A stretch of 59,937 nt of DNA, filler included, from Sluysia triapertura (lineage: Eukaryota), in assembly GCA_046118255.1 (NCBI GenBank). It is 4 parts of 4 records of this genome, joined end to end, with 100 filler letters (N's around TTAATTAATTAA, not from the genome) between each part and the next. Parts side by side here need not be neighbours in the genome. Positions count along the whole stretch, not along the records: positions 12,234 to 25,287 come from JBJNIA010062864.1; positions 25,388 to 38,021 come from JBJNIA010093232.1; 2 more parts are not named here. The stretch is one strand, 5' to 3'. A program made the translations under genes and the position numbers. Positions 13,695 to 27,874 of this stretch are shown here, one piece after another. The notes beneath the pieces are model-generated. The model was not told where the DNA came from. It saw nothing but the letters and a program-made list of their open reading frames with translations, and ran no database searches. Each line of letters begins with the position of its first letter. Position 1 is the first letter of the stretch.

Positions 13695-15356
13695 TTTAAT
13701 TAGCATTATTTTGTTTTTTTATGTCAGTCGCAATGACACATTGCTAGAGTACTAGTTCATACGATTCTCGAGAAAAAAAGAGCGAGACCCTTGTTAAAAA
13801 TTGCATATCTCTCCACTGATTATTATTATGTCTCATGGAATATTTTATTTCTACCTTCACAGTATTAATTTATTAAATTTTTAGGAAATAGGAGTGAAAT
13901 ATTCATTCATAGTAAAAAAATATAAAGAATATTCAGTTAGGTCTATAAGTAACGTATAAAAAATAATAATTTTGTAAATAACTCTATTGTTAAATAAAAT
14001 TGATAATTATTACAACTAACGGTGAAGATTGTATTATGGAATCATTTAAAATAATAATAAAATGTTTCAGAATAATGCTTAGTTTAAGTATAATTAATAA
14101 ATCCATTTAAAAATGTATTTTAAATAATTTTGAATAATTAATTTGTAATGAAAAATACTAGTATAATCGGAATATAACTAAAACATTCTGAATAATTAAG
14201 TAGAATAATTCAAATGAACAAATAAATTTTATTGTAGATGGATTAACAAAATTAATCGATTTTAGCAGTAATGTTATTGAATTTCTGAGAAGATTATAGT
14301 GGATATTCGTTCATCGAATATTTTACACAGCAAATGAAATTATACATTAAATATGAAGTGTTCTTGAAAATAATTTAAAATGCTGAGGGATTACTTTCTT
14401 TGTAACAATGTAAAACACACAGATCATTTTGGCATGTGTGTAAATCATTTATTCTAATGGTAACATAATTTATTTTAAGTAAATAAATAATGCGAATTAA
14501 GTATAATGCGATTTTTATTTATTTATTTATATTTGAAACGGTATTTGATGGACAATATATTTGAATCTCTAAATAATAAATAATAATTTATTGACGAACT
14601 GTGTACTCAAAAATACTTTAAAAAATTAAGATTATCAATAAAAAACAACAGCAATGTAATATAATTCGACAAAGATAAATAAAATACGAGAAAGCGTTGC
14701 GATCCAGAAGATCATAATCGCTGAAAGCATAAGGAGGTTTAATTTGTTTCTGCGGTCATCAAAAGAATTAACATTAAAATCATTTGGAATCAAGATTAAG
14801 TAGTAAGTTTTATTCATATAAGAATCAGTTTTCTTTAACGTTATTTCTTTATAAAAAATTTTGTGATTAATATAATTCTTGTCTTAAGCTGCATTTAAAA
14901 TCTATTTTAATATTAGGTCAAAAAAACTATTGATTTAATTTAATTTGAATAATATTTTGAATGCACAATTTAATTGAAATTGTTAACATCATCTTTCTGT
15001 ATTCATCAGCTAAAGTAAGATTAGCTTCAAACTAAATATTGGCATCGTTGTATATCTGATTCATTAAAGTGTGTTGAAATAGCATTAAATTGTTATCGAC
15101 CCTCGCTTTCCTATGGGAATATCGAGAAAATTTTCGTAAAACGTATTCTGTAGGTGAACTCATATTAACATGTATATATGTTGTGTAACCCTTGATGTTG
15201 ATTATTATAAACGATTTTTATTTATTGAATTATTTTGAGATTGATTTATAATAAATTGTAAGTAATTGTCGTAAGTGAGTAATTGATTATTATTTAATTT
15301 CTATTGTAAAGTGTCATGGAATAATAATAGTATTATTAACTATAATAAAACAAAAT

Positions 15357-15462
15357 TGTTAGACGGGCTGATAGCTCAGTGATCAGAACATCGAACTGTA
15401 CAGCTGTGAAGCGAGAGGTCCCAGGTTCGATACCAGGTCAGTCAATTTATTGAAGTCTAACA
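15357..15462 (+). mobile_element. tRNA-like repeat unit with TGTTAGAC/GTCTAACA ends
   Basis: A-box TAGCTCAGTG, B-box GGTTCGATACC, GGGCTGA/TCAGTC acceptor-like stem, small insertion in the anticodon arm. Confidence 0.85.
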
Positions 15463-15899
15463 GTAATATAAATATATTGTGATATATAGTTATAATATAT
15501 TGATAATCAGACTCATTTATTTGTGCTGTTAATTTAAAGAATATTAAAGCGATAAAAAAATAACATAACTCTGATTTTTAATTCAGTATCAAAATTATGA
15601 AATTCAAAATATTAGGAAATGAAAATCTGTTCATTACAGTATAAAATTGTTATTAAAATTGATATAATTTATCTGTGATATTCGATTTATTTAAATGATG
15701 TATGTTCGGTATTATGTCGCAATTTAGAAATATTGTTTTACGTTGCTTAGTTGCACTCTTTCTACATTTGTTTTGTTTTTTAATAAAAATTTTAATAATA
15801 GCAGAATTCTGTGAATCAACCGAAGAGAATGCCATTAACATTGATCTCTTCTCGAAATGTATATGGTTGTGTCGTTATTCAAAATAAATTCAACATAAA

Positions 15900-16560
15900 T
15901 CAATAATTAAATTAAAATGAAATCTCAGTATATTTTTAATTATCACAACAATCTAATAATTATTCTTTTATGGTAATATGCCTTTAATATAAAATCTCAA
16001 TATAGATATCCTTCAATTAATAACTGTTCTTTTACAATAATATTTTCTCAATATACAAATTGTAAATCAATGTCTATAAAATATTAAATCTATAAAAATC
16101 CCAGGTGTGACACCAATATTAACAATAATAAAATAATAAAACTGCAGGTTACTAACCTTAATAAAACCATTGTTTTTGAATTTTAGTCAATTCCAGAAGA
16201 TAAGTCCTCAATCACAATGTTATTCACAAATGTGTTGAGGCAGCATCCCTAAGGGAGATAAAATTTTGTAAAGTTTTCTGTTTATTTTAGCTATCTTTTC
16301 TTTTTTTTCTAATTTTGATACAGAAATCTGATTGTTTATGTTGTAGTTGGGTAATCGCTTAGACGAAAATAATTACTTATTAAATAATTCATTTTTTTTA
16401 GTCAGTCATAAGTCGACCAATTTTAATAATTAAATTTCAATAGTAATTGTTGTCGGTTTCTAATTTCATTGTCTCCTTCAATTACACAAAGATAATGGGA
16501 TTTGTAATTAACAATCCTCTTATAAAAATTTAACATCGTTATTACATGAATATTCTGTTT
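15900..16560 (-). repeat. Inverted diverged copy of the 16915-17560 repeat
   Basis: TTGAGGCAGCATCCCTAA is a near reverse complement of TTAGGGACGCTGCCTCAA; collinear similarity over ~600 bp. Confidence 0.75.
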
Positions 16561-16699
16561 TTAACACAATTTGTCATCTTAAAATAAAGATAAAATTGAT
16601 AAAATACTAAATTTATTTTTCTTAGAAAACTTTTATATAATACGTTGTGTGTCAGCCTTAAGTCGCACGTGGATTTCAATAACATGTTGGATTTCGACT

Positions 16700-17560
16700 C
16701 TTCTTATTTAGTTTTTATAATTTAAAATTAAAGTTAAACATGTTCTGCTGTTTAAGTATAAGTAAAAATAAATATTAAATTAATGCTAATGAATATACCA
16801 ATTCAAATGTGTTCGTGCAACATATTATACTAATGATTCCTATGGAAAATAAATTTATTATTTCATTAATTTTATCCTTAATTTAAGTTAATAAATGATA
16901 TTAAATTTTAATTTAAAAGATAAGGGGATTGTTTACCGCAAATTGCATTGTATTTAAGTGATTAAAAAGATAATGAAATTAGACACAGGCGGAAATTACT
17001 GTTGGAATTTAATCATTAAAATATGTCGGCGTATTACCGGCTAAAAAGAATTAACAGTTTAATTTCCGTTTTGTCCGATTTCCTAAATGATTATTAAACT
17101 GCCATAAAAGTAGTCATATTTTTGCAGAAGAAAACAAAATCAAGGAAAGATAAAGAAAATACAAGACGTCTTTTAGCTTTAGGGACGCTGCCTCAATTCA
17201 TTTATGGAAAACAATGAAATTGAGGCTTATTCTTTAGCAATCAACTAAAATAAGTATTAGAGTGATTTAAAAAAAGGTTAATAATTTGTTTATTTTATTT
17301 GTTATTTTTTAGTTATGTTAATACGGGCTTCACGTTTATTGATTTTATTTAAGTTGTGTCACCCATGGTATTGATTTTTAATATTTAGAGATTTATACCT
17401 TTGAAGTTGATAATAAAAGATATTCTGTAATTAAAAGAATAATTAGTTTTAATTATATTATTATAATATTACTTGTATTATTATAATATAATTTTTATTG
17501 TAATTGTGATATTTTAAAGAATGTATCGAGATTCAGAATTTGTTTAATTATTGGGTTACA
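16700..17560 (+). repeat. Unclassified ~860-bp dispersed repeat ending in TTGGGTTACA (homologue at 53360-54228)
   Basis: Shared blocks AAAAGATAAGGGGATTGTTT, ACACAGGCGGAAATTACTG, GAATTTGTTTAATTATTGGGTTA. Confidence 0.85.
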
Positions 17561-17645
17561 ATTTGATAAATTTAAAGTAAAAGTATAAAAGACATAACAT
17601 TATGCAAAAAAGAAATATATTTAATTCTTGCTTATTTATAATAAT

Positions 17646-18330
17646 TGTGGTGACCAACCCAATATTTTAAAATTTTAGTTTAACAGTATATAACAAAATT
17701 ACACTTCAGAACATCTAACAATTTGTAATACCTTCAAACACTCTAAACATGAAATTTTATATCATCCAAATCATTCCCAACTTTGAAAATCATCAAAGAA
17801 GTACTTTAAAAATTAATTGAGATATTTTAAATTTAATTCAGCACACTCCACATAAAATCACATTCCATGATACTTTAACTATTTTTCATCTAAACCTTTC
17901 TACATTTTAATTCCTCTACTTCCACTAAAACCTTATCCTAATCTGCTCAAAACATCCCTATTTCATACTTCATAACATAAATGTACATACACTTTCAGAG
18001 TAATAACAGACATCATAAAAATTAATAATAAACATTTTACTCATAGTTCTATAACAGCATAACCATAATCACATTTGTTTAAATCTTACAATTACTTTTA
18101 AAAGGCATTAAAATCACCGCCATACTTTATTTCGTTCATACTCATCAAAATTATTTTATAGCTTAAAACATTTTTTATATACACAATCTGTCAACATCCA
18201 AACTAGGATGACTTACAAAATCTTCAATGTATATTTAAAAGTTCATTTAAAAAGAAACATTTTATTTTACTATCTCACAATGCTAGAATTGTAACTACAT
18301 ACATCTATCAATCTCCAACATGGTTCTTTT
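17646..18330 (+). mobile_element. One end and C/A-rich arm of the TGTGGTGACC element family
   Basis: Begins TGTGGTGACCAACCCAATATTTTAAAATTTTA; the first ~100 bp resemble the reverse complement read from 34220; no partner end found. Confidence 0.75.
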
Positions 18331-19800
18331 TTATTTAAGTTTTTTTAATTGTAAAATTTCATTCTTTTCTTTCAAATTAGTCCAAAACATATTAAATTGC
18401 TTCCATTCAATTAGGTTAATGAGTCTAATATAGTGTATAAAGCTGCTGTTACTCGACTATATTCAATCATCTAGCAGTGACTTATGGAGATAAGTTATCT
18501 TGTGAACAACAATTAACTTGCCTTACCATACATTTTATCAACCTTTCTTGTCTTATAGGTACTTCTTACTCCTTTAAAAGCACGAATTTTTATTTCTATA
18601 CATATATACGGCGATTACTTATAATTCATTTAAATCTTTGGATTACGTTCGAACACGAAATTCTATTTCTCATTGTAGAATATAAAAATTCGATTAACAA
18701 TCAACAATTATTTTTCTTCTACTCTACTCGATCTATTTTTCATAAATTACTTCTTACATTAAAATAACTATTGTTATTATTATCAACACGCTCAAAAATG
18801 ATGAATTTAACTTTAGTTTTTGGAATTAATTAATTTTTAGTTCCACAAATTCATTTTTCTAATGGAAAGTGTTTAAAGTTCTCATTCCCAAACAAACCAT
18901 TTCACAAACATTTCAACCTCATTGTTCACATAAATATAATTTTTCTTAATTAATTAATTAATTTAACTTAAGTTTATTTTATGTTTAAAGGTTTTACTAT
19001 GACTATAAATTTATTAGATACTTTATAAGGTACTCAGAAGTTCTAGATATATTCACCTTCACTACTCTGATTCTTTTTTCTACTTTTTAATGTTAATTAT
19101 TAATGTATCAATTTTATCTTTAATATCATTAACCATGATTTTAATTTTTGAACATTTTAAAGGTTCCAAACATTTTACAAAGTTACTCGAAGGTCTCAAA
19201 AGTTTATTAAGATCTCTAAGGTCTTCAAAGGTCCTAAAAAGATCAACAATGTCTGAAATGGTTATAAGGTTCAGAAATTCCAAGGTCTCTTCATACTTTA
19301 AAACATCTTTCGAAACCCTTCTTAAGCCTTCATAAGGATATTAAGTATTCTTCTTCATAATTCTTATTTTGTCAATATATAATTAAGCTTATGTTATTAT
19401 TGTTGGGATTGTCCAACTGTGGATTAGAAGATAAGTAAAAGACACATAGAGTTGAAGGAAGAGTTTATATGAATGAGAGAGTGTCTGATTGTGAGACTTG
19501 GGATTGATTGGATGATGAGAGTGTATAAAATAAAATTTTTTAAATTTTTCAAACACAATAACACAATCGCACATTCACACAATCCGGCCGGCATTGAAGA
19601 TCCATGCATATGGTAATCTTTTTATTTAGTTTTATTTTTATTATTTTAAATAAAATTAAAATAAAATAAGTAGATAAATTTTTTTGGGCGGGGGAAATAT
19701 TTAAATGATAATTTTAAAGACACTTTTTTAAAGTCATTTTAATGTTGGGATATAGGCCTAAGGTGCCATTTAGTATAAGTGAATATAGTAATCTAAATAT

Positions 19801-19885
19801 TGTTAGACAGGGATAATATCTTAGTGGTAGAGCATCGAACTGCGCAGCGAAAGGCCCCGGGTTCGATCCCCGGTCAGTCCATTAA
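19801..19885 (+). mobile_element. tRNA-like repeat unit lacking the right inverted end
   Basis: TGTTAGACAGGG..AGTGGTAGAGCATCGAACTGCGCAGCGAAAGGCCCCGGGTTCGATCCCCGGTCAGTCCA. Confidence 0.85.
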
Positions 19886-20194
19886 GATATTAATAGGTTT
19901 TACCTTTTTGGGTTACTATTTTGAAATATATATTTATTATTTTAATTTTAATTCTTAATAAATTTGATTTTCGGGAGGACCCCTACCCAAAATTTTTTGA
20001 CAGCAGTTAAAATAAAAATATTTTGAAATATAATATTGCTTATGTTGATTGTAATAGTTTTTAAGTCAGTAATAAATAAAGTAAATTTAACTTTATTGGG
20101 TTATTATTTTCGAAATATATATTTAATTATTATTTAATTATAAGTACTTTTAATTCTTAATATAAATTAACACAAATAAGAATTTTTGCCCAAG

Positions 20195-22546
20195 TTAAAA
20201 AAAGTTTATGTATTGGTTAAAAATTTTTTGCTTAAGGTACTTACTAATATAATAATATACGAAATTAAAAGTGACACTAAACACAGATTTAAGAAAATTT
20301 ATGAAACTAGAGTTAAAACTTCTAGCAAATGTCTTTTTGGTTGCAGTGAATGTTACTGAAGCTCGCATTGACGTTCCCAGACCTCTTTTCAATTTGCACA
20401 TTAAGAATATTAATATAATAAAAGAATTATAAAGTATTACCACAACGTCGTTTATTTGTAGTTGAATTCCAAGCTCTAGTAAGTCCAATCCGACTACATG
20501 AGAAAAACTATGAACTTCAAAAGATTTTAAATTTTGTTTTTAAATTTGTACCCTCTAAGGGCTTAAAATCAGGTAGATAATCGACTTCCAATTGATATTA
20601 TATAGGTCTAAGTAAAACGACACTAAGAATTTTATCTGCACATTCATCATATAATACTTTCATTGCATAGATAGTATTGGCTATTGACAATCTGCCACAT
20701 ATTCAATTACTTCAGTTGCTGAAATTTTATAAGCACTGATTCTACCAAGTAATACTTTTCTAAGAAATCGTTTCCAACGTTTAACAAACTTATCAAAAAA
20801 GCCTAAAAAATTCAAATCTTGAATCCCAACTGCTACTACATTTTTAGTTCCGTCATAATTATAATAAATAAATGTTTGAACAATATTATCTTTTAGTTGA
20901 CTTAACTTTAATTATGGATTTTGAATAGACATTTCTATTTAAAATATAATTGGTGAACTCTTTTGGTAGTCAACTGTACGCATAAGGTGCTGATACATTA
21001 CGTAAACAAAAATTATATTTAAATCTGAAATGTTTGTGTAATTCATTTTCAAAGTTTTTTGAAATATAAGCATGACAATAATCGCCTTATTCAATATCAG
21101 CACTTAGTTCACGTTCGTCCACAGATTGTGTGCTATATGAAACTTGTTGGTCTAATACTGCATCATCTGGATGGAATTTATTTATATTTAGATAATGAAT
21201 TGTAGTATTGTTCTTCTAATACAAATTCATTTTCTTCATCGATATTGATATCGTTAAAATTATCACGATCATCATCACTTGACAGAGAATGCGTAGACTT
21301 GCTTAAATCGATCATTTCATAGTCAGAATTATTTTTCATTAACGGTAAATCATTATGAAAAGCATTTGGAACATACAAATTCTTCATATCGTAAGTCACA
21401 TTATAATTACAGGCTTCAAAATCATTATTGATATCTAGTTCTAAATTATCAAAAGTATTTGGTTGTAATCCAGCACCTTTATCAATACTATCTTCACTTT
21501 CGATATCAATATCAGCATATTTTAAGCAAGTACATTTAATTGATTCATTATTCATGATATTGAGTGCAATAATTAATTTTATGTTATTAATTAATAGCTA
21601 ATAAATCTTGGAATTTTTAATTTTTTAATATTGTAAGATCTTAAAGTTGTTTAAATTATGAAATACAATTAAAATTATTAAAAATTTAATTACTTTATTA
21701 GAATTTAATTTTTTATTACAAATTTGAAAATTAAATTTATACATAATTATCATCACGAAATACAGTGTTTTAAGTTTATTCAAGAGAAACAACAATTTGT
21801 GAACGATAAAAAATTTATTTATAAAACTAAGACTAAAATGTTAATGTTAGTGGAATTTACATTTTTATTATGTCTTCTTCTTGACCAAGTTTCACCGACT
21901 AAATAAAAAAGTAAAATTAATTTACCATCATTATAATCATATTTATTAATTACTTTAATTTCATCTGATATAGGTTCCTCGAATTGTAATTTTGTGACAT
22001 TGTTGGTGAGTACTTCGAGCGACGTTCTTGATGGAGACTGTGCTGGAATGAAAATATCTATCGATTCCAGTAATCTTTTTATTCGATCGAGATGAATGTT
22101 AGTAACTGCTGACTTAATTTCTATTTCTGTGAGATCTTTACGCTTCATACCGTACATATGACAATTGCCAGATTGCGTAATCTCATATGGGCTTAATGCT
22201 GTCTTATAATGTCTATCGAGTTTTAAGTCCTGGATTGAACTATGATACCTGAGATTGAAATTCTTACTTGGAATTCTAGATTGTGGCATATTGAAATTAC
22301 CAGTACTAATTGACAATTCAATGTCTTCAAGGTAAACAAAATAGGAACATCAGTCGATTTCGAGAGATTCTTATTTTGTTCTCGTTTTTGGTAAAGCATT
22401 CTTGAATTCGAACGCACTGTTGGAATGATGTTGATGCACATTTTATCTATAACGGGTTCATAATACTGCGTATCAGGATAATCTTTACCAACAACTAAAA
22501 CTTTAGATAGGTATGATTTATCAGTATAATGCATTAGTGTTCGCAT
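20195..22546 (-). pseudogene. Run of decayed, unidentified co-oriented ORF fragments
   Basis: ORFs 22223-22546, 21819-22316, 21178-21555 and broken frames 20195-20930 have coding-like composition, overlaps and frameshifts; no family recognised. Confidence 0.35.
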
Positions 22547-22619
22547 AATATCCTAAAAATATCTCTTTCTATATTATTATTTGACGTAGCACAGACATAA
22601 AATTTCACTTACTAGTTCT

Positions 22620-23279
22620 ACATTAACAAATTGTGGATCTTGTAACAAAAATCTGAACTTCTTTTAAATTTCACCATAACATGTTGTTGAATAAGTTTGT
22701 ATTTGGTTAAAAATCTTTTTATTTTTCTTCTTGCTTATATTGGTAGATTTTGGTGGTACAATTCGTAAACCTTCCTCAAAGTCTTCACGTTATTGATAAC
22801 TAATCGCTTTATCTGCCCCGTAAATTACTAAATATTGAATAGGATAAAAAATTTCTTTAATTTGACTAGTATGATGAAGCATCATTAAAATTCGATCAGG
22901 AGTAGCTAGTATAATGTGAATAACAGAAATACTAAGTTCTGTTAGTTGATCAGTCATATCAATATCCCCAGTCAAACACATTTTTTTCAAACCTAATCGT
23001 TCGTTCATTTCTAAAAACTCACAATACTCCTGTGCTACTAATTCAACTGATGGAATAAAAATCATTAGGTACATAAATGGCTGATCGTTATGCAAACATC
23101 GTTAAATAATTTGAATAATGTAGCAAGCCGTTTTTTTGCTATCGGTTCCAGATAAACCAAATAACATCTTTCAATAATAGTGACGTAGTATGTTGTTAAA
23201 TTTGCACCGGTTCTGGCAACTTTAATTTAGAGATATTAACCAAAAGTTTAGATATATTAGCTGCGGTTGTTGTCATCAT
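22620..23279 (-). pseudogene. DEAD-box RNA helicase N-terminal (RecA1) domain pseudogene
   Basis: Degenerate Q motif (PEPVQI*Q), motif I DVIGLSGTDSKKT, Ia PSVELVAQ, Ib ATPDRI, II LVIYGAD in correct order; internal stops. Confidence 0.8.
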
Positions 23280-23443
23280 TGTAATAGTGTATTACACTTT
23301 AATCAGATTTAATTTTTGAACTTTAATGATTATTATTTTAAGTTAACAAAATTTCAATTTTTTTGAGATTATTTTTATTCCGTTTATCTTTTTTTGTTTT
23401 TTAATTTTTCTGGTCAGTATATACAGTTTTGTAATTAATGATG

Positions 23444-23600
23444 ATTGGTAGCATTTGTACTATTTTTGTAGATCAATCAATAATTGACAAGAAACAAAAA
23501 TATAAATCTATCTGTGATTGGGCGTACATCTATTTAACAAGAATAATGATACAGGCATTAAGACTGATAATTCGTTGTTGATTGGGCGTCCAATCCAAAC
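23444..23600. promoter_or_regulatory. CCAAT-box cluster upstream of the DEAD-box fragment
   Basis: TGATTGGTAG, TGATTGGGCGT twice, the last as GATTGGGCGTCCAATCC. Confidence 0.5.
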
Positions 23601-25287
23601 TAGTGAGACGAAAATACAAGGTAGAAAGAATTCAATTAGACTCTCAGTCAAGCGAAATAATGGGCTTAGTAACTGTTACCAGTTGACTGTTTAATACAAC
23701 ATGGTAATTTATTTGTCGTTGGTGAAGAACAGGCAAAATAAATTAATTTGCACAAGGCAGCAACAAACAATAACAATGTCGACAACTAATGATGTTGAAT
23801 GATAATAATTAAATTGTAATATTACTATCAAAGTCTAAATCTAAATAAATCTAAATGTTTAAATCTAAATTTAGTATCGATCGATATTTTCTAAAAATAT
23901 AATTATATGTTAATTGTGTTAATAAAAATCGATAATACAAACTTACTTAATACTATTATTGGTATAATTATTATATTGTTATTTTTATTTATTATTATTG
24001 TTATCTTGATTTATTAATGATAATATTATGATTATTATTATTTTTTTTAAAAATCATCAATATTTTTAAAATTCTTTTAATAAATCAAAATTTACTCATT
24101 TTAATCGGTCAAGGACAAATTAAAAAATATATAGACATAAAATATTCACAAAAACGCACAACATTGTAATCAATATTAAAAGAAATTTCAACAGGATTCT
24201 GAAAGTAATGATAATAAAAATATATTAATAAAACGATATTAATGATAGTAAAAATAATAGTAATAAAATAATAAAGATAAAAGTAAGAAGAAGAAGAATA
24301 ATAATAATAATAATAAAATTGACAATAAAAATAATAATAGTAATAATAAAAATAACAATAGCAATAGTTGTAACAATGATAATTAATGTATATTTTACGC
24401 ATTTGCCATAAATTATTAATCATGTGCTAATTATTTTTCTGATTCTGTAGCGCCTTTGAAAATTATTAAAATATTTAAAATAAATATTTAATTAGCTTAC
24501 AAAGAATCGCAATTATTTAAGTATTCACTAGATCTAATATAAATTTTCAATATTTCTCTTATTTAATATCAAAAATTATTCACCCCAAAATTAAAATCTT
24601 GGAAATCAAATCAATAACAACAACACAACAATTTACTGGTTAAATGAAAATCAATTACAAATTAGTATTATTATAAATCTCTATTAAAATGACGAGATTA
24701 GCATTAACGTTTATGATAGTCTCAAGGATATAACAATATATTAACTATTATTCACGATTATCAATTATAAATTTTTTTAACATAACACAAAAACAAACAA
24801 TTTTTAATAAAATCCTCCAAAAAATATTATTTTTAATTATAAAATAAATTAAAAAATTACTTAAAGCAAGGATCTTCTCATTTGCATTATTAATTGTTAT
24901 TATTGTTGTATTGTCGTAGTTATTGTTATGTTATGAAATAAGATTTTTAAGTTTTCCATTTTATATTTTCTCATCATCCAATAATTTCCCATTTTGGGAT
25001 TAAACATTTTCTCATACATATCACTGCAACATTCTTTGGGAATTAATCCGACAATAATAACTTTGACACTTACATGGTACAGACTGTCAGACTTTATTGG
25101 ATATGGAACACAAAAATTTGATTTACGAATATCTATTATTTTCCTTTACTCTATTCAATATACTTTTACTTATATTAATTCTCACATAAAATAACAATCA
25201 TTATTACATAAAAAATAATTAATTTAATTTTAGTTTTCAGAATTTAATTAATTTCTGGTTTTTCACACCCAATTTTCTAATGAAAAG

Positions 25288-25387
25288 NNNNNNNNNNNNN
25301 NNNNNNNNNNNNNNNNNNNNNNNNNNNNNNNTTAATTAATTAANNNNNNNNNNNNNNNNNNNNNNNNNNNNNNNNNNNNNNNNNNNN
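25288..25387. other. Artificial contig linker
   Basis: N-run/TTAATTAATTAA/N-run. Confidence 0.98.

Positions 25388-25433
<46 letters not shown>
25388..25433. repeat. (TTA)n microsatellite
   Basis: Direct read, at a contig edge. Confidence 0.95.
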
Positions 25434-25434
<1 letters not shown>

Positions 25435-26289
25435 GTAAGAACTCATGATGATAAATATAAAATAAATGTGGACAAAGTAATTACGAATGCTTGAATAAAC
25501 GTAAAGATGATTATGGTGATTATGAATATTTGATTTACCAAATAATGAATAAACATATATAAAAATGAAGTAAATATTAAATTTTCAAATCATATAATTT
25601 TACACAAATGAATAAACTATATAATAGGTAATATATCACTATTAAAAATGTAAATATTAATGACAATGAATGATAAATTAAATGTAAATATTAAAACAAT
25701 GAATTACATTAATAGTGTCTGGGACAGTATTTTATTATAAAATAAAATCTTTAACGAATAATTCTGATAATTTTATAATTAAATTTTTCTAGGTAATAAA
25801 ATAAACTATTAAATAAATTCTATATTATATTCTAGTATACAGAAAATTAATAAATAAAAATTATCTATGGATATTGTACATGGATTTTGTATATACGTTT
25901 GATAAAATTTTAAGAGACAGAAGCTTTATAATAAAATATTTCATGCTAACACTATCATTGCTTATTTGTACATATTAATAAATATTTGTAACTGATATTT
26001 TACTATTACTATTACCCTCTTCGATTGATATTGAATTTTTGGTAATTACTATTGGTGAATCCAAGATGTATTTGGCGAATATCGGAACGAATTTTAAAAT
26101 TTGGATAGACATTTTACAAGTGCTATTACCCTATTTCGTGAACAAGACTAAGACGAATTTTAATCATTATCCGTTATTTTTGATTTTAAACGATCCATTA
26201 TCGAAAGTGAGTAGTTTTATTATTATCTTGTGTACGTTATATAATATATAAAATTTTACAGAAACCGTAACAATTAATTGTACAAAAGT

Positions 26290-27065
26290 ACCAAGTCTGA
26301 TGGGTGTGGAAGTATGTGCCACTCAAGCCGTAAAAGCTTTTGGCGGGTAAGCAAACTTGTACGAGATTTCGCACTATGACATGGAATACTATACCTTTTT
26401 AATTGATCAATTCTGGATTTTTCCGTCCAGTTGATCACAGTACACTTCAAAATTAATTGTGGTATTGTCCAGTAGAAGATCAAAAAAGGATCCCCTTGAA
26501 ATCACACCAAACAGATAGCATATCGGCCTTCAAAGTGCTTGAGCTTGTTCCTCTTTTTTACCCATTTCTCGTCGCCAGTAATGATTCGCTTCAAAAGTGG
26601 ATTATTTTTTTTAATTTTGAGAAGTCACAGTCGTTAATGCGATGAAGCAAATTTCCTGTAAGAACACGTGGAACCCATATGTCAAGTTTTGAAATTAATA
26701 CAAGACGTTTTACATGATAATGAGCGTCAAATTTAACCTCTCAAGAATCTTACGAGTTGTTATTCGGCGATTTGTATCTCTCAATGCCTTTATTTTGTCT
26801 TCATCGGCTTCAATGAGCCTTCCAGAACTCGGTGCATCTTCAATATCGAAATTGCCAGAAGGAAATTTTGCAAACCAATTTTTGCGTTGTCAATACATGT
26901 TCTCCATATGTATCACATAATTTTCGCCTTGCTTGAACTCATTTTTACCTTTTCGATAGTAAAACAGTAAAATATACCGAAAATTCTGCTTTCCACCAAG
27001 CAAAAACTATTGCAATGAATCAAACAAAATTTTCAACAAACACGCCTCACTATATCCGCTGTCAA
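26290..27065 (-). mobile_element. Defective mariner (DD34D) transposase
   Basis: IWVPRVLT (WVPHEL), NPLLKRIITGDEKWV, TRQKLLRLEWHILPHPSDL (YSPDL region deleted); frameshifts. Confidence 0.9.
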
Positions 27066-27679
27066 AATATATGATTATGCAGCTTATATATTATAAAATT
27101 ATCATATATATATATTTACATTTATATTTTAGGCGTAACGCCTTTAAGAAATAAAAACTATTTATAATTTGTGCGTAAAAACCCTTTCAATGAAATAAAA
27201 TATTGAGGTAATAAACCTGTAAAAATAGTCTAAAAACACATACAAAAAACAATTAAAAATATTTTCAACATAAAAAAATAACGAGATTCGACGAGATTAG
27301 AATATGTATTTGAATACTTCGATTGTAGTATAATTTAGACTCAATTCATTATTCTTTCGTCAATCACCTCCAGTTGTTTATTAGATTGAGACTAATTCAA
27401 TTACTATTCCTCGTCGATTTCCAAATTTTTATCTGACACAATAGCAGTAGCAGTTGTTGTAATAGTGGTAAAAACAGTATAAATTAGAATAAATAAAGCT
27501 TATTTATTTATTTTTGTGCAGATAATGGTAACACAAACTTTATGATCGTTAAATCTAAGCGTTCAAATAAAAGAGAAATATCTAAATTTATTATTAACGT
27601 AAATTAAAAATCATTCAACTATTATTTATTCAATTATTTATTTGTGAACACTGTTAATAATTGTAAGATCAAAACTAAC

Positions 27680-27874
27680 TTCAATTTCAGTTCTTCGATT
27701 GGCTGATTAATTTCTTCAATATCTTTTTCTAAATCTATTAATTTATTTGTAATATCTTCACGCAATAAAGGGTTGATATCGATTGGTGCATGTGTTGCAT
27801 TGTTACCAGTTGTCTGTGTTCTTCCAGTGCATGGTTCCTGTGATGATTCTCGTACTACTTTACTTTTCACATTT
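27680..27874 (-). CDS. CKAP5: Probable downstream exon of ch-TOG/XMAP215
   Basis: AG acceptor in a phase compatible with the 28455 donor, open frame NVKSKVVRES...EELKL, GTTAGT donor; sequence poorly conserved. Confidence 0.55.

Noticed and set aside
14635-14817. GPCR TM6-like hydrophobic ORF
   Set aside because: Hydrophobic peptides arise readily from T-rich DNA; no other helices recognised
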